From assembly GCA_963775735.1 (NCBI GenBank), contig CAVZKD010000007.1:1394889-1458888 (forward strand): a stretch of 64,000 bases of DNA, read 5' to 3'. Of the stretch, positions 53,348-62,983 are shown in pieces. A program made the position numbers and the translations under genes. The notes under the pieces are model-generated. The model was not told the origin of the DNA. It made no database searches and saw only the letters and a program-made list of their open reading frames with translations. The DNA comes from an uncultured Actinomycetes bacterium (GTDB taxonomy: Bacteria; Actinomycetota; UBA4738; HRBIN12). Numbering within the stretch: position 1 is the first letter of the stretch; every line of letters begins with the position of its first letter.

Positions 53348-53358
53348 CACGGAACGGC

Positions 53359-53386
53359 CGAGGGGCCGGCGGTCGCCGGCCCCTCG
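53359..53386. terminator. hairpin between convergent genes
   Basis: CGAGGGGCCGGC-GGTC-GCCGGCCCCTCG, 12-bp stem. Confidence 0.7.
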
Positions 53387-53401
53387 CCGTCCTCCTCCGC
53401 C

Positions 53402-56400
53402 TTACGGCACGACGACCGGGCAGGCCGTCGAGCCGGACGAGGTGCAGACGATCCGCCCCTGGACCGCTGGTGAGATCGGCGTGTTCGCCGTGACGTAGTC
53501 GGCGAGCACCTGGTCCATGATGTTCTGGCTCACGGTTCGGGACGAGACGTTCGGGTACCCGTCGCCGCCGGCCGCGATGAAGTCGTTGAGCGCGATCGAA
53601 TAGGTCGCCGCGGCCGTGAGGTCGATCGGATCGCCGGTGCAGCTCCCGTCGGCGGCCTGCCGCACCGCACCCGTCACCCGGCTCCCGGCGGGCGCCGAGA
53701 TGTCGTAGGTGAAGCAGAGACCCGACACCTGCGGGAACCGCCCGTTGACCGCGGGCATCGTGGAGACGCCGTTCTCGAGCATCGTCCTCAGTTCTGCACC
53801 GTCGATGTCCACCGTGACGACGATGTTGCCGAACGGCAGGACACCGAGCACCTGCCCCCGCGTGATCGGGAACGGCGGTGGCGTGAAGGCGGGACAGAAG
53901 TCACTCGGGTTGTCCGTCGTCGGGCACGTCAGATCCGCCCGAAGACCTCCCGAGTTGGTGAGCGCGAAGTCCGTGAGGTACGCCTCACGCATCGCGTCCG
54001 TCGTCGTGTTGCCGATCAGCGACTCGCAGGTCCGACCCACCTCGTTGCCGCACGCATCCGCCCGCGGGACGGGGACCGTCGATTCACCGATCTGCGTGTT
54101 GAAGATCGGACCCAGCTGCGCGGTCAGATCGTCGATGACGGCCTGGATCTCCGGATCCGGGGTCACGCCGATGTTCCACGGCTTGTGGAAATCCGCGGTC
54201 TTGTAGACGACCGACTTCGTGCGCGCGTCGATCACCAGGGTGATCCGCGTGAACCGGATCCCCTTCCCACGGTTCTCCGTCACGAGCACGCCGTTCGGCC
54301 TCGTGGCGATCACCTGGATGTCGTTGTGGTCGCCGATCGCGACGTCCACCCCTTGCAGCCCGTCGGCGATGTCGATCAGCGGTCCCGTCGGGTCGGAGAT
54401 CGTCCCGGCGTTCGCACCCTCGTGCCCGATCGCGACGATCGTGTTCACGCCCCTCGAGCGCAGCGTCGCCGCTTGCGCGTTCACCGCGTCCGTCGGGTCC
54501 GTCACGGTGAACGGATCGAGGTTGCCGGGGAAGATCAGCGACGGGCAGGGCCTCGGTCGTGAAGCCGACCACCCCGATCCGGACCCCTCCGGCGTTGAAG
54601 ACGGCCGAGGGTCTCCACGCCGGGGGCGTGCGGCCCGTCTTCGGATCGATGACGTTGGAGGACAGGAACGGGAAGTCGGCCAGCGGGATGAGCTCCGTCC
54701 GGAGGTACTGCTGACCTCGGTCGAAGCTGTGGTTCCCGATGACGTCGGCCGTGAACCCCATCATGTTCATGATCCCGACCGACGGGATGTCGCCGAAGAA
54801 GTTCGAGATCGGCGGGGTGGCGCCCCCGACCGAGTCACCGCCGGCCAGCGTCAGGGTGCCGTTCGGAGCCTCCGAACGGTACTGGTCGAACCAGGTGTCC
54901 AGGAACGCCGCCCCGGCGATCGGGAAGACCGGGTTGACCGCTCCCGACCCGGACACGTTGTCCGCCGCCTCCGTGAGCGGCGTGAGCTGCGCGTGCCAGT
55001 CGCTGATGTTGAGGATCGTGACGACCTTCAGGGGTCCGTCGGTCTCCACGATCTCGGTCAGGATCCTGCCCGCGCGCGTTGTGCGGACCGGGGATGCCCA
55101 TCAGGAACGCGATCGTCGGGGCGACATCGATCGCGCGGACCCCGGCAACGGGACCCCGCTGGCGGACGCCCGGACCCGAGGCGACGAACACCCCGTGCAT
55201 GTTCACGTTGTTCTCGAGGTCGACCAGGTCCGGGAAGTACCCGTGCTGGCCGAAGAACTGCGAGAACGCGATCGTCTGACCGGCGGTCGCCGCGTCGAAC
55301 TGATACGGCGGCCGGAGGACCACGACGACGTCCCCGCTCCGGCTGGGATGCAGCGAGTCGCTGCCGTCGACGTCCCGGAGCTCCTCCTTCAGCAGGACGT
55401 CCAGGACCACCTGCTTGCCCGGGTTCGCGGGGTCGGTGAGGTTCTCGAACGCGGCCACGATCTGGCTCCGCACGGCCTCGTATCGAGCCGCGGGGACCTG
55501 CGGTTGGTTGATGCACGGGCAGGCCGTTCCGGTGATGGGTGGGCCCGTCGGGTCGCGCCCGGCGAGGTTGATGTAGATCTGCGCGGTGCCCCCCGCCCAG
55601 CAGGCCTTCGCCATGTTGATCGGCGCCCGTGCCGAGCCCGGCGCGGCAGTTGCTGAAGACCTCGACGGTGGGCTGCCCGGCGCCGTTGCACTGCAGGCCG
55701 GCGTCGCAGAGCACCTTCCCGGCGTTCACCGCGAACCACTGCGGCGCGAACCCGTGGTCGGAGGACGCGAACACCGTGGTCTCGTCCACGCCCATGAGCG
55801 ACCTGCCGAGGCCAAGCGTCTGGTCCGCCTCCGCGTACGCCGAGCGGATGTAGCCCTCACGGATCTCGACCCGCCCGTCCGGGACGTCGTCGTTCGTGAG
55901 GTCGTCGAAGTACGGGTTCGGGTCGCCGTCGATGTCGGTGGGCGAGACGAGCCCCATGAACTGATGGGAGAACTCGTCCGTGACGGGGTTCCCCAGGAAG
56001 AGCATGTCCGTGTCGGGCTGGACGACCGTGAGGATGTACTCGAGGGCGGCCCAGTGGAAGTCGGCCCACATGAGGCCCTGCTCGACGTACGTGTCCTCGT
56101 CGATGATCCCGGCCTCGAGCGGCGCGAAGTCCGCAGCCGTGCTCGTCGGGAACTGGTCGACGAGCGTGCTCTCGAAGTTCGGATCGCACGCGCAGTTGGC
56201 GATCGCACGGGCAACCGACGTGAAGTACAGCTTGAACGACTCGATGGTGCCGCCCGACCCGTCCAGGCCGATCAGCTTCACGTAGAAGCCCGCGGTCTGG
56301 CCGGCCCGCGTGCCGATGAGGCCGTCGTCGCCCGTGAGCCGGACGTCGACCCAGTCCCCGATGCCGAGGTCTGCGGCGGCCTCGGCGGCGTCCTTGGCCA

Positions 56401-57200
56401 CGCCGGTCCGGGCGAGCAGCACGCGGTCGTACGCGGACACGCCGTCCACCACGCTGTCGTACGCGTAGACGTCGTACGTCCGGTTCGGGTTCTGCGCGGC
56501 GAACGTGGTCGCGACCGTCAACACGGACTCCTGCGGCGGGCTCACGCTGTCGTCGCCGGTCGGCGCATTGCTCCAGCCCACGGCGGGGACGAACGACGCG
56601 ACCTGGTAGGAGAGCCCGAACGTGGTCGCGCCCGCCTGTTCGCTCGGGATCGACGGGAAGGTCAGGACGCCGCGCGTCGAGAAGAAGTTGCGGAAGTCGA
56701 TGACCGGCCCGGCCAGCGCGGGCGCGATGGTGCGCGAGCCCACCCATTCGACGGAGGCGATCTTCTTCCCGGCTCGCTCCGCGGCCTGCTGGATCGTGTC
56801 GGCCTGCAACAGTCCTGGTCGTCGCGAAGGACGTCCGGTTGTTGAAGGTCCCCTCGCCGATCCGATGGAACGTGTTGTTCATCGAACCGTGCTCGCCGGG
56901 ATACGTCCCGGTGGCGAGGGTGGACCAGCCGACGCCCGTGTTCGGCGGGAAGGCCTGGATCAACCCGTTGTCGCCGCGGACACCGTGCGCCATCAGGTCG
57001 GCGTAGGTCGGCATGAACCCTTCGGCGGCGTAGCCCTCCATGAGGTCGGGCCGCATGCCGTCGGAGGCGAACAGGATCACCTTCTCGGCGCCTCCCGCGG
57101 CCGACGCGGCCTTCGGCTTGGCGGCCTGCGCCGGGACCATCGAGACGAGCGCCGCCACGAGGGCGAGCGCGACCAGGATCGAGCTTCTCCGACTGAGCAC
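53402..57200 (-). CDS. secreted alkaline-phosphatase-superfamily (NPP-like) / 5'-nucleotidase fusion, about 1260 aa, 4 apparent frameshifts
   Basis: Signal peptide; [36 protein letters not shown]; then [42 protein letters not shown]. Frame changes near 56815, 55620, 55065, 54545. Confidence 0.8.
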
Positions 57201-57349
57201 GACAGCCTCCTTCCACCGGGCCGGGGGATCCCCCAGCGGTCCAGCCTGCGCGCTGCGGATGGAGTCCGCGGGACCGTTCCGGGGGGGCCGCGCGAACGCC
57301 GGAAGAAGCCTAGGCGAACCTCGTCGAACGCGCGAATCGACCGAGGCGG

Positions 57350-58375
57350 CTACTCGGGACGGTTGAAGGGGCGGCCGACCGCGGCCGCGAGCTGCTCGAG
57401 GTCGCGGCCGAGATCGAGCATCTCGTCGGGCGTGAGCGCCTGCGGCCCGTCGCAGAGCGCACGCTCCGGATCGGGGTGGACGTCGATCATCACCGCGTCG
57501 GCTCCGGCCGCGAGGGCCGCGCGGGCCATCGGCGCGACGAGGTGGCGCTTGCCGACGGCGTGGGACGGGTCGACGATCACCGGGAGGTGCGATTCGGCCT
57601 GCGCAACGGCCATCCCGGCCAGGTCCAGGGTGTTGCGGGTCGACGGCTCGAACGTGCGGATGCCGCGCTCGCACAGGATGACCGAGGAGTTCCCGCGTTG
57701 GGCGATGTACTCGGCGGCCTGGAGCCATTCGTCGATCGTCATCGCGAGTCCGCGCTTCAGCATCACCGGCTTGCGGGTGAGACCGACCTCCTTCAGGAGC
57801 TCGAAGTTCTGCGCGTTCCGCGTTCCCACGCGGATGCAATCGGCGACCTCGGCGACGCGACCCACGTGCGACACGTCGACCACCTCCACGACGATCGGCA
57901 GACCGGTCTGGCGGCGGCACTCCTCGAGCAGCTCGAGGCCGCGCTCGCCGAGCCCCTGGAACGAGTACGGCGACGTCCGAGGCTTGTAGACGTCGCCGCG
58001 CAGGATCGTCGCGCCGGCGGCCTTCGCCGCCTTCGTCGCGATCATCGCCTGGTCCTCGCCTTCGACGGCGCAGGGCCCGGCGATGATCGTGAACGTCGCC
58101 CGTCCCACGGGCGTCGGACCGACCTGCACGGTGGTCGGAACGGGATGCAGGTCGGCGGCGACCATCTTGTAGGGCTTGCCGATCTGGATGACGCGGTCGA
58201 CGCCCGGCATCTGGCGCCAGTCGATCGCCTGGAAGCGATCCGTATCGCCGACGAGGCCGACGATCGTGTGCACCGCCCCCCGCGAGACGAACGCCTCTCC
58301 ACCGGCGGCACGCACGCGCTCCGCGACCGCCTCGACGTCGGCGTCGGTGGCCTCGCGTTGCATCACCACGACCAT
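57350..58375 (-). CDS. aroF: DAHP synthase (class I-beta) with N-terminal regulatory domain
   Basis: IAGPCAVE, KPRTSPYSFQG, G.RN.QNF.LL, LKRG, LCERGIRTFE, VDPSH, CDGPQ. Confidence 0.92.
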   Translation of the reverse strand: MVVVMQREATDADVEAVAERVRAAGGEAFVSRGAVHTIVGLVGDTDRFQAIDWRQMPGVDRVIQIGKPYKMVAADLHPVPTTVQVGPTPVGRATFTIIAGPCAVEGEDQAMIATKAAKAAGATILRGDVYKPRTSPYSFQGLGERGLELLEECRRQTGLPIVVEVVDVSHVGRVAEVADCIRVGTRNAQNFELLKEVGLTRKPVMLKRGLAMTIDEWLQAAEYIAQRGNSSVILCERGIRTFEPSTRNTLDLAGMAVAQAESHLPVIVDPSHAVGKRHLVAPMARAALAAGADAVMIDVHPDPERALCDGPQALTPDEMLDLGRDLEQLAAAVGRPFNRPE

Positions 58376-58404
58376 GGCGCTCCCTCCCGTGGGGGCCCCT
58401 GCGG

Positions 58405-58437
58405 AGACGAAGAACCCCGGGCTCCTGGCCCGGGGTC
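58405..58437 (-). terminator. attenuator terminator in the aroF leader
   Basis: GACCCCGGGC-CAGGA-GCCCGGGGTT then CTTCGTCT on the minus strand, about 30 nt upstream of the aroF ATG. Confidence 0.75.
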
Positions 58438-58461
58438 CCCTGCTCCGTTCGGCTCAGGCGA

Positions 58462-58512
58462 CTACGCCGGGCTGCGCCCGAAGTAGCACCGGAAGCCGAA
58501 CGTTCCCTGCAT
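58462..58512 (-). CDS. Phe/Tyr-rich leader peptide MQGTFGFRCYFGRSPA
   Basis: 16-aa uORF with 3 Phe + 1 Tyr codons, between a predicted promoter and a terminator upstream of aroF. Confidence 0.72.
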   Translation of the reverse strand: MQGTFGFRCYFGRSPA

Positions 58513-58522
58513 CGGTCTCCCC

Positions 58523-58551
58523 ATCGTGGCAGCCCCGTCGCGTCCTGGCAA
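58523..58551 (-). promoter_or_regulatory. putative housekeeping promoter for leader-aroF
   Basis: TTGCCA-17 nt-CACGAT on the minus strand, 10 nt before the leader ATG. Confidence 0.55.
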
Positions 58552-58597
58552 GGCGGACCGCGCGAGCCCGGCACGGGTCCCTCGATAGGATGCGCGC

Positions 58598-59212
58598 GTG
58601 GCCGTGACCCTCGTCGACCATCCGCTCGCCGGCCACCTGCTCGCGCAGCTGCGATCGCAGGACACGTCGCCCCCGGTGTTCCGCACCCTCGCGAAGCGAC
58701 TGGCGCTCGCCCTCGCGCTCGAGGCGATCCGGGAGCTGCCGACGACCGAGATCGCGGTGCGGACACCGCTCGAGGAGACGAGCGGGCGCGTGCTCGGCGA
58801 CCTGGTCGCCGTCCCGATCCTGCGTGCCGGGCTGGGCATGCTCGAGGCCGTGACCGAGCTGTTCCCCGAGGTCGCCGTCGGGTACATCGGCCTCGAACGC
58901 GACGAGGCGTCGCTGCAGCCGCAGTCGTACTACCGCAAGCTTCCGCCCGTGCGCGGGCGGCACGTCCTGGTCCTGGATCCGATGCTCGCGACCGGCGGGT
59001 CTGGGTCCGCCGCCACCGCCGCGGTGAAGGAGGGCGAACCGGCATCGATCCGGTTCGTGTGCGTCGTCTCGGCCCCGGAGGGCATCGAGCGCATGGAGGC
59101 GGACCACCCCGACGTCCCGATCTTCACCGCCGCGATCGACCGGCAGTTGAACGAGCACGGCTACATCGTCCCGGGCCTCGGAGACTTCGGGGACCGACTG
59201 TTCGGGACCTGA
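58598..59212 (+). CDS. upp: uracil phosphoribosyltransferase
   Basis: VPILRAGLGM, GLERDE, DPMLATGGS, GYIVPGLGDFGDRLFGT. Confidence 0.95.
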   Translation: MAVTLVDHPLAGHLLAQLRSQDTSPPVFRTLAKRLALALALEAIRELPTTEIAVRTPLEETSGRVLGDLVAVPILRAGLGMLEAVTELFPEVAVGYIGLERDEASLQPQSYYRKLPPVRGRHVLVLDPMLATGGSGSAATAAVKEGEPASIRFVCVVSAPEGIERMEADHPDVPIFTAAIDRQLNEHGYIVPGLGDFGDRLFGT

Positions 59213-59221
59213 CCGTCGCTC

Positions 59222-60193
59222 CTAGACGCCTCCGCCGCCCTCGTAGGCGCGACCGGCGGCCGCCGGCGGCCGAACCCGACCGACGAACCCCGCGATCGCG
59301 ACGATCGTCACGACGAACGGGATCATCCGGATGAACTGGGGTGGGAGCAGGTTGATCACGGGCGCGTCATCCAGCCGCAGCGGGATCGCGATCGCGAAAC
59401 CGAACAGCCACGCGAAGAACATCAACCTCACGGGATTCCAGTTCGAAAGGATCAAGGCGGCGAGCGAGATGAACCCCAGTCCGAGGGTCTGCCCCTCGCG
59501 CCAGTTGCCGATGATCTCCGAGGCGAGGAACGCGCCCGACAGACCGGCCAACGCCCCCGAGAGCAGGACCCCTTGATATCGGTACAGAGGCACGCTGACG
59601 CCGAGGGAGCGTGTTGCCTCCGGGTTCTCCCCACAGGAGCGCAGCCGCAGACCCCAACGCGTTCGATACAGGGCGTACCACACCGGGATGACCATCAGCG
59701 CAGCGATCAACACCATCGGTGAGAGGTTCTGGAAGGCTCTGCCGAGCCCCGGCAGCGATGACAACCCGGGGAGATCCAATGTGGTCAGGTGGGGCCCGCC
59801 GGGGTCGGACTGGGTGGACTGGCCGTCGAAGAACGTCGACGACAGGAAGCGGGCGAGGCCGATGGCGACGAGGTTGATCACAACCCCAGACACGATGTGA
59901 TCGACGCGGAACGAGATCGTCGCGACCGCATGGATCCCCGCGAACGACATCCCGATCAGCGCCCCGAACAGCAGGCCGAGGATCGGTCCGAACGGCTGCC
60001 CGAGTTCCAGCGTGTCGGTGAAGAACCGCGCGCCGAACGCGCCCGACACCGTCCCGATGATCATCAACCCCTCGAGGCCGATGTTCACGATCCCGGCGCG
60101 CTCGCTGAACAGGCCTCCCAGACCTGTGAGATAGAAGACCGTGAAATAGATGAACGAGATCTGGATCGCGGCGCCGATGTCGGTGAGATCCAT
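59222..60193 (-). CDS. nucleoside ABC transporter permease
   Basis: SERAGIVNIGLEG, GLRLRSCGENP, GLGFISLAA. Confidence 0.88.
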   Translation of the reverse strand: MDLTDIGAAIQISFIYFTVFYLTGLGGLFSERAGIVNIGLEGLMIIGTVSGAFGARFFTDTLELGQPFGPILGLLFGALIGMSFAGIHAVATISFRVDHIVSGVVINLVAIGLARFLSSTFFDGQSTQSDPGGPHLTTLDLPGLSSLPGLGRAFQNLSPMVLIAALMVIPVWYALYRTRWGLRLRSCGENPEATRSLGVSVPLYRYQGVLLSGALAGLSGAFLASEIIGNWREGQTLGLGFISLAALILSNWNPVRLMFFAWLFGFAIAIPLRLDDAPVINLLPPQFIRMIPFVVTIVAIAGFVGRVRPPAAAGRAYEGGGGV

Positions 60194-61434
60194 CAGATCC
60201 TCTTCTCGTCGGCGGGCTCGAACGCCTCGGTACCCTTATCCTCCGGACCCCGCGGTCCCGCGCTTTCCCCCGGTCCGGCCGAGTCCACGAGCTCACCCGC
60301 CGCGCCGGCCCGTTGCAACTGCCGGGCAGCCAGACGCCGCCTGGCGATCTGGTACGTGATGACGACCGAGAGGATCAGGAGGCCCTGCAGGATGATGATG
60401 AACTCTCGCGGGACCTCACTCTGGATCTGCAGCGCGACCTCCCCACGGGCCAGGATCCCCCAGAGGATCGCCGCGAAGATGATCCCGATCGGGTTGTTCT
60501 GCCCGAGGAACGCGACGGCGATACCCGTGAACCCGAGGTATACGACGTAGTTCTGTGGCAGATGTCCGCGGTCCGCGAGGATCAGCTGCATCCCGACCAG
60601 ACCGGCCAGAGCGCCCGAGATCAGGAAGAGCTTGAGCTGCGTCGCGCCGATCGAGATGCCTCCCGTCTTCGCCGAGCCGGGGGACGAACCGACGGCTCGC
60701 GCCTCGTAGCCGAGACGCATGCGCCGGAACAAGAACCACACCACGATCGCGGCGCCGATCGCGAGGAAGAGCAGCCACGACAGGTGCGCTCCCGGAGTGA
60801 TGTCGAAGTACTGGCCGATCTCGCCGACCAGCCCCTGCTCGGGGAACTCGTTCGTTCGAAGGTCCACGAACGCGCCTTCCGGCGCGTCGTTGAAGTGGAG
60901 CGGGAAGTTGATCGCCCAGGCGACCAGGCTGATGGCGATCCCGTTCATCATGATCGTCGTGACGACCTCGTGCGCGCCGGTCTTCACCTTCAAGATCCCG
61001 GGGACCGCCGCCCAGATCATCCCGCCGAGCATGGCCGCCAGCAGTGTGAGCGGGACCAGGATCGGGCCGGGGAGCGACGTGAGGGACACCTCGACCCACG
61101 CCGCCGCCACCATCGCGACGAGGTACTGGCCCTCGACGCCGATATTGAACAGCCCACCCTTGAAGCAGACCGACACCGCGAGCGCCGAGAAGATCAACGG
61201 CGTGGCGATCGCGAGCACGTACCCGATCCCGTCGGCCGATCCCACCGAGGCCTCCAGGATCGACGAGTAGACCTCGATCGGGCTCTCGCCGTACACGAAG
61301 ATCAACAGCGACCCGGCGAGGACGGCGATCCCGAGCGAGGCGAGCAGCGCGACGGATTGGCCGACGAAGGTCTCGAGCCACGCCGGACGCGTTCGAGCCG
61401 CGGCGGTCGGGGCGGCCATCCCCTCGGTCGCCAC
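60193..61434 (-). CDS. nucleoside ABC transporter permease
   Basis: ATPLI, GLFNIGVEGQ, HEVVTTIMMN, GFTGIAVAFLG.NNP. Confidence 0.88.
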   Translation of the reverse strand: MATEGMAAPTAAARTRPAWLETFVGQSVALLASLGIAVLAGSLLIFVYGESPIEVYSSILEASVGSADGIGYVLAIATPLIFSALAVSVCFKGGLFNIGVEGQYLVAMVAAAWVEVSLTSLPGPILVPLTLLAAMLGGMIWAAVPGILKVKTGAHEVVTTIMMNGIAISLVAWAINFPLHFNDAPEGAFVDLRTNEFPEQGLVGEIGQYFDITPGAHLSWLLFLAIGAAIVVWFLFRRMRLGYEARAVGSSPGSAKTGGISIGATQLKLFLISGALAGLVGMQLILADRGHLPQNYVVYLGFTGIAVAFLGQNNPIGIIFAAILWGILARGEVALQIQSEVPREFIIILQGLLILSVVITYQIARRRLAARQLQRAGAAGELVDSAGPGESAGPRGPEDKGTEAFEPADEKRI

Positions 61435-62966
61435 TACGCCACCTCTTCAGCGGTTCGGCCGAGCATGCCGACGCCGATCTGCTCGGGAGGGGCGTCCGGC
61501 GCGAACTCGCCGGTGATCCTCCCCTCATACAGGGTCACGATCCGGTCCGACAGGGCGTAGATCTCGTCGAGTTCGGCCGAGATCAGCAGGACCGCCCGCC
61601 CCGCGGCCTTCTGCTCGAGGATCTGCTTCCAGACGAACTCGATCGCTCCCACGTCCAGGCCCCGGGTCGGCTGGGCGGCGACCAGGAGCTTCGGATCGGT
61701 CTCGAGCTCGCGCGCCAGGATGAGCTTCTGCTGGTTCCCCCCCGACAATGTCGATGCGGTAACGTCGACGCTGCGGGTCCGTACGTCGAACAGCTTCACG
61801 AGGCGCGCCGCGAGTGCCTTGATCTTGCGGATCAGCAGAACCCCGACCCCGCTCGCGAACTCGCGCTCATCCTGCCTGCCGAGCAGTGTGTTCTCCCACA
61901 GGGTCATCGACAGCACGAGGCCCTGCTCGTGCCGGTCCTCCGGGATGTACCCGACGCCGATCTTGCGGATCTCGCTCACGTGTTGCCCGGAGATGTCGTT
62001 GCCCTCGAGCAGGATCCTGCCCGACGCCGGCTTGCGCAGGCCGATGAGCGCCTCGGCGAGCTCGCGCTGGCCGTTGCCCTCCACGCCGGCGACGCCGAGG
62101 ATCTCGCCCGCGCGTACCTGCAGGTCCACGCCGTTGAGCTTGCCCTCGCCGGTCAGCCCCTCGATGCTCAGGATCGGCTCGCCGATCTCGACCAGCGGCT
62201 TCTCGAGCCGGAACAGCACGGGCCGGCCGACCATCATCTCCGCGAGCTTGGCCTTCGAGGTCTCGGCCGGCGTGGTCTCCCCCACCACCCGCCCACGCCG
62301 CAGGACCGTGATCCGGTCGGCGATCTGCATGACCTCGTCGAGCTTGTGGCTGATGAACACGATCGTGCGCCCGGCCTCGCGCAGCCGCCGGAGGTTGCCG
62401 AACAGGTCCTGCGTCTCCCCGGGCGTCAGGACGGCGGTCGGTTCGTCCAGGATCAGGATGTCGACACCGCGGTACAACGCCTTCAGGATCTCGACGCGCT
62501 GCTCCTCGCCGACGGACAGGTCCTCGACGACGGCGGACGGGTCGACGCGGAACGCGTACTGGTCCGCGAGCTCGGCCACCCGCTTCTGCGCGGCCTCGAC
62601 GTCCAGCACCGCCCCGCCTTCCTCGCCGAGGATGATGTTCTCGGTGACGGTGAACGGATCCACGAGGACGAAGTGCTGGTGGACCATGCCGATCCCCAGC
62701 GCGATCGCGTCGCGCGGCGAGGCGATCTTCGCCTCCGATCCGCGGACGAGGATCCGGCCCCCTTCGTGCGGGTAGATCCCGTAGAGGACACGCATGAGCG
62801 TGGACTTGCCCGCGCCGTTCTCGCCGATCAGCGCGTGGACCTCGCCGGCTCGCAGCTCGAGGTCGACCTCGTCGTTCGCGAGGACCCCCGGGAACCGCTT
62901 CGTGATGCGCTCGAGTACGACGAGGGGCGGGGAGCCGTTGCCCCCCGCCCCGTCGCCGCTCGTCAC
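61434..62966 (-). CDS. nucleoside/sugar ABC ATPase (tandem NBD)
   Basis: GENGAGKST, GMVHQHF, LDEPTAVL, IPEDR, LSGGNQQK, QPTRGLD. Confidence 0.92.
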   Translation of the reverse strand: MTSGDGAGGNGSPPLVVLERITKRFPGVLANDEVDLELRAGEVHALIGENGAGKSTLMRVLYGIYPHEGGRILVRGSEAKIASPRDAIALGIGMVHQHFVLVDPFTVTENIILGEEGGAVLDVEAAQKRVAELADQYAFRVDPSAVVEDLSVGEEQRVEILKALYRGVDILILDEPTAVLTPGETQDLFGNLRRLREAGRTIVFISHKLDEVMQIADRITVLRRGRVVGETTPAETSKAKLAEMMVGRPVLFRLEKPLVEIGEPILSIEGLTGEGKLNGVDLQVRAGEILGVAGVEGNGQRELAEALIGLRKPASGRILLEGNDISGQHVSEIRKIGVGYIPEDRHEQGLVLSMTLWENTLLGRQDEREFASGVGVLLIRKIKALAARLVKLFDVRTRSVDVTASTLSGGNQQKLILARELETDPKLLVAAQPTRGLDVGAIEFVWKQILEQKAAGRAVLLISAELDEIYALSDRIVTLYEGRITGEFAPDAPPEQIGVGMLGRTAEEVA

Positions 62967-62983
62967 GGTGCCGCCGTCCCGGA

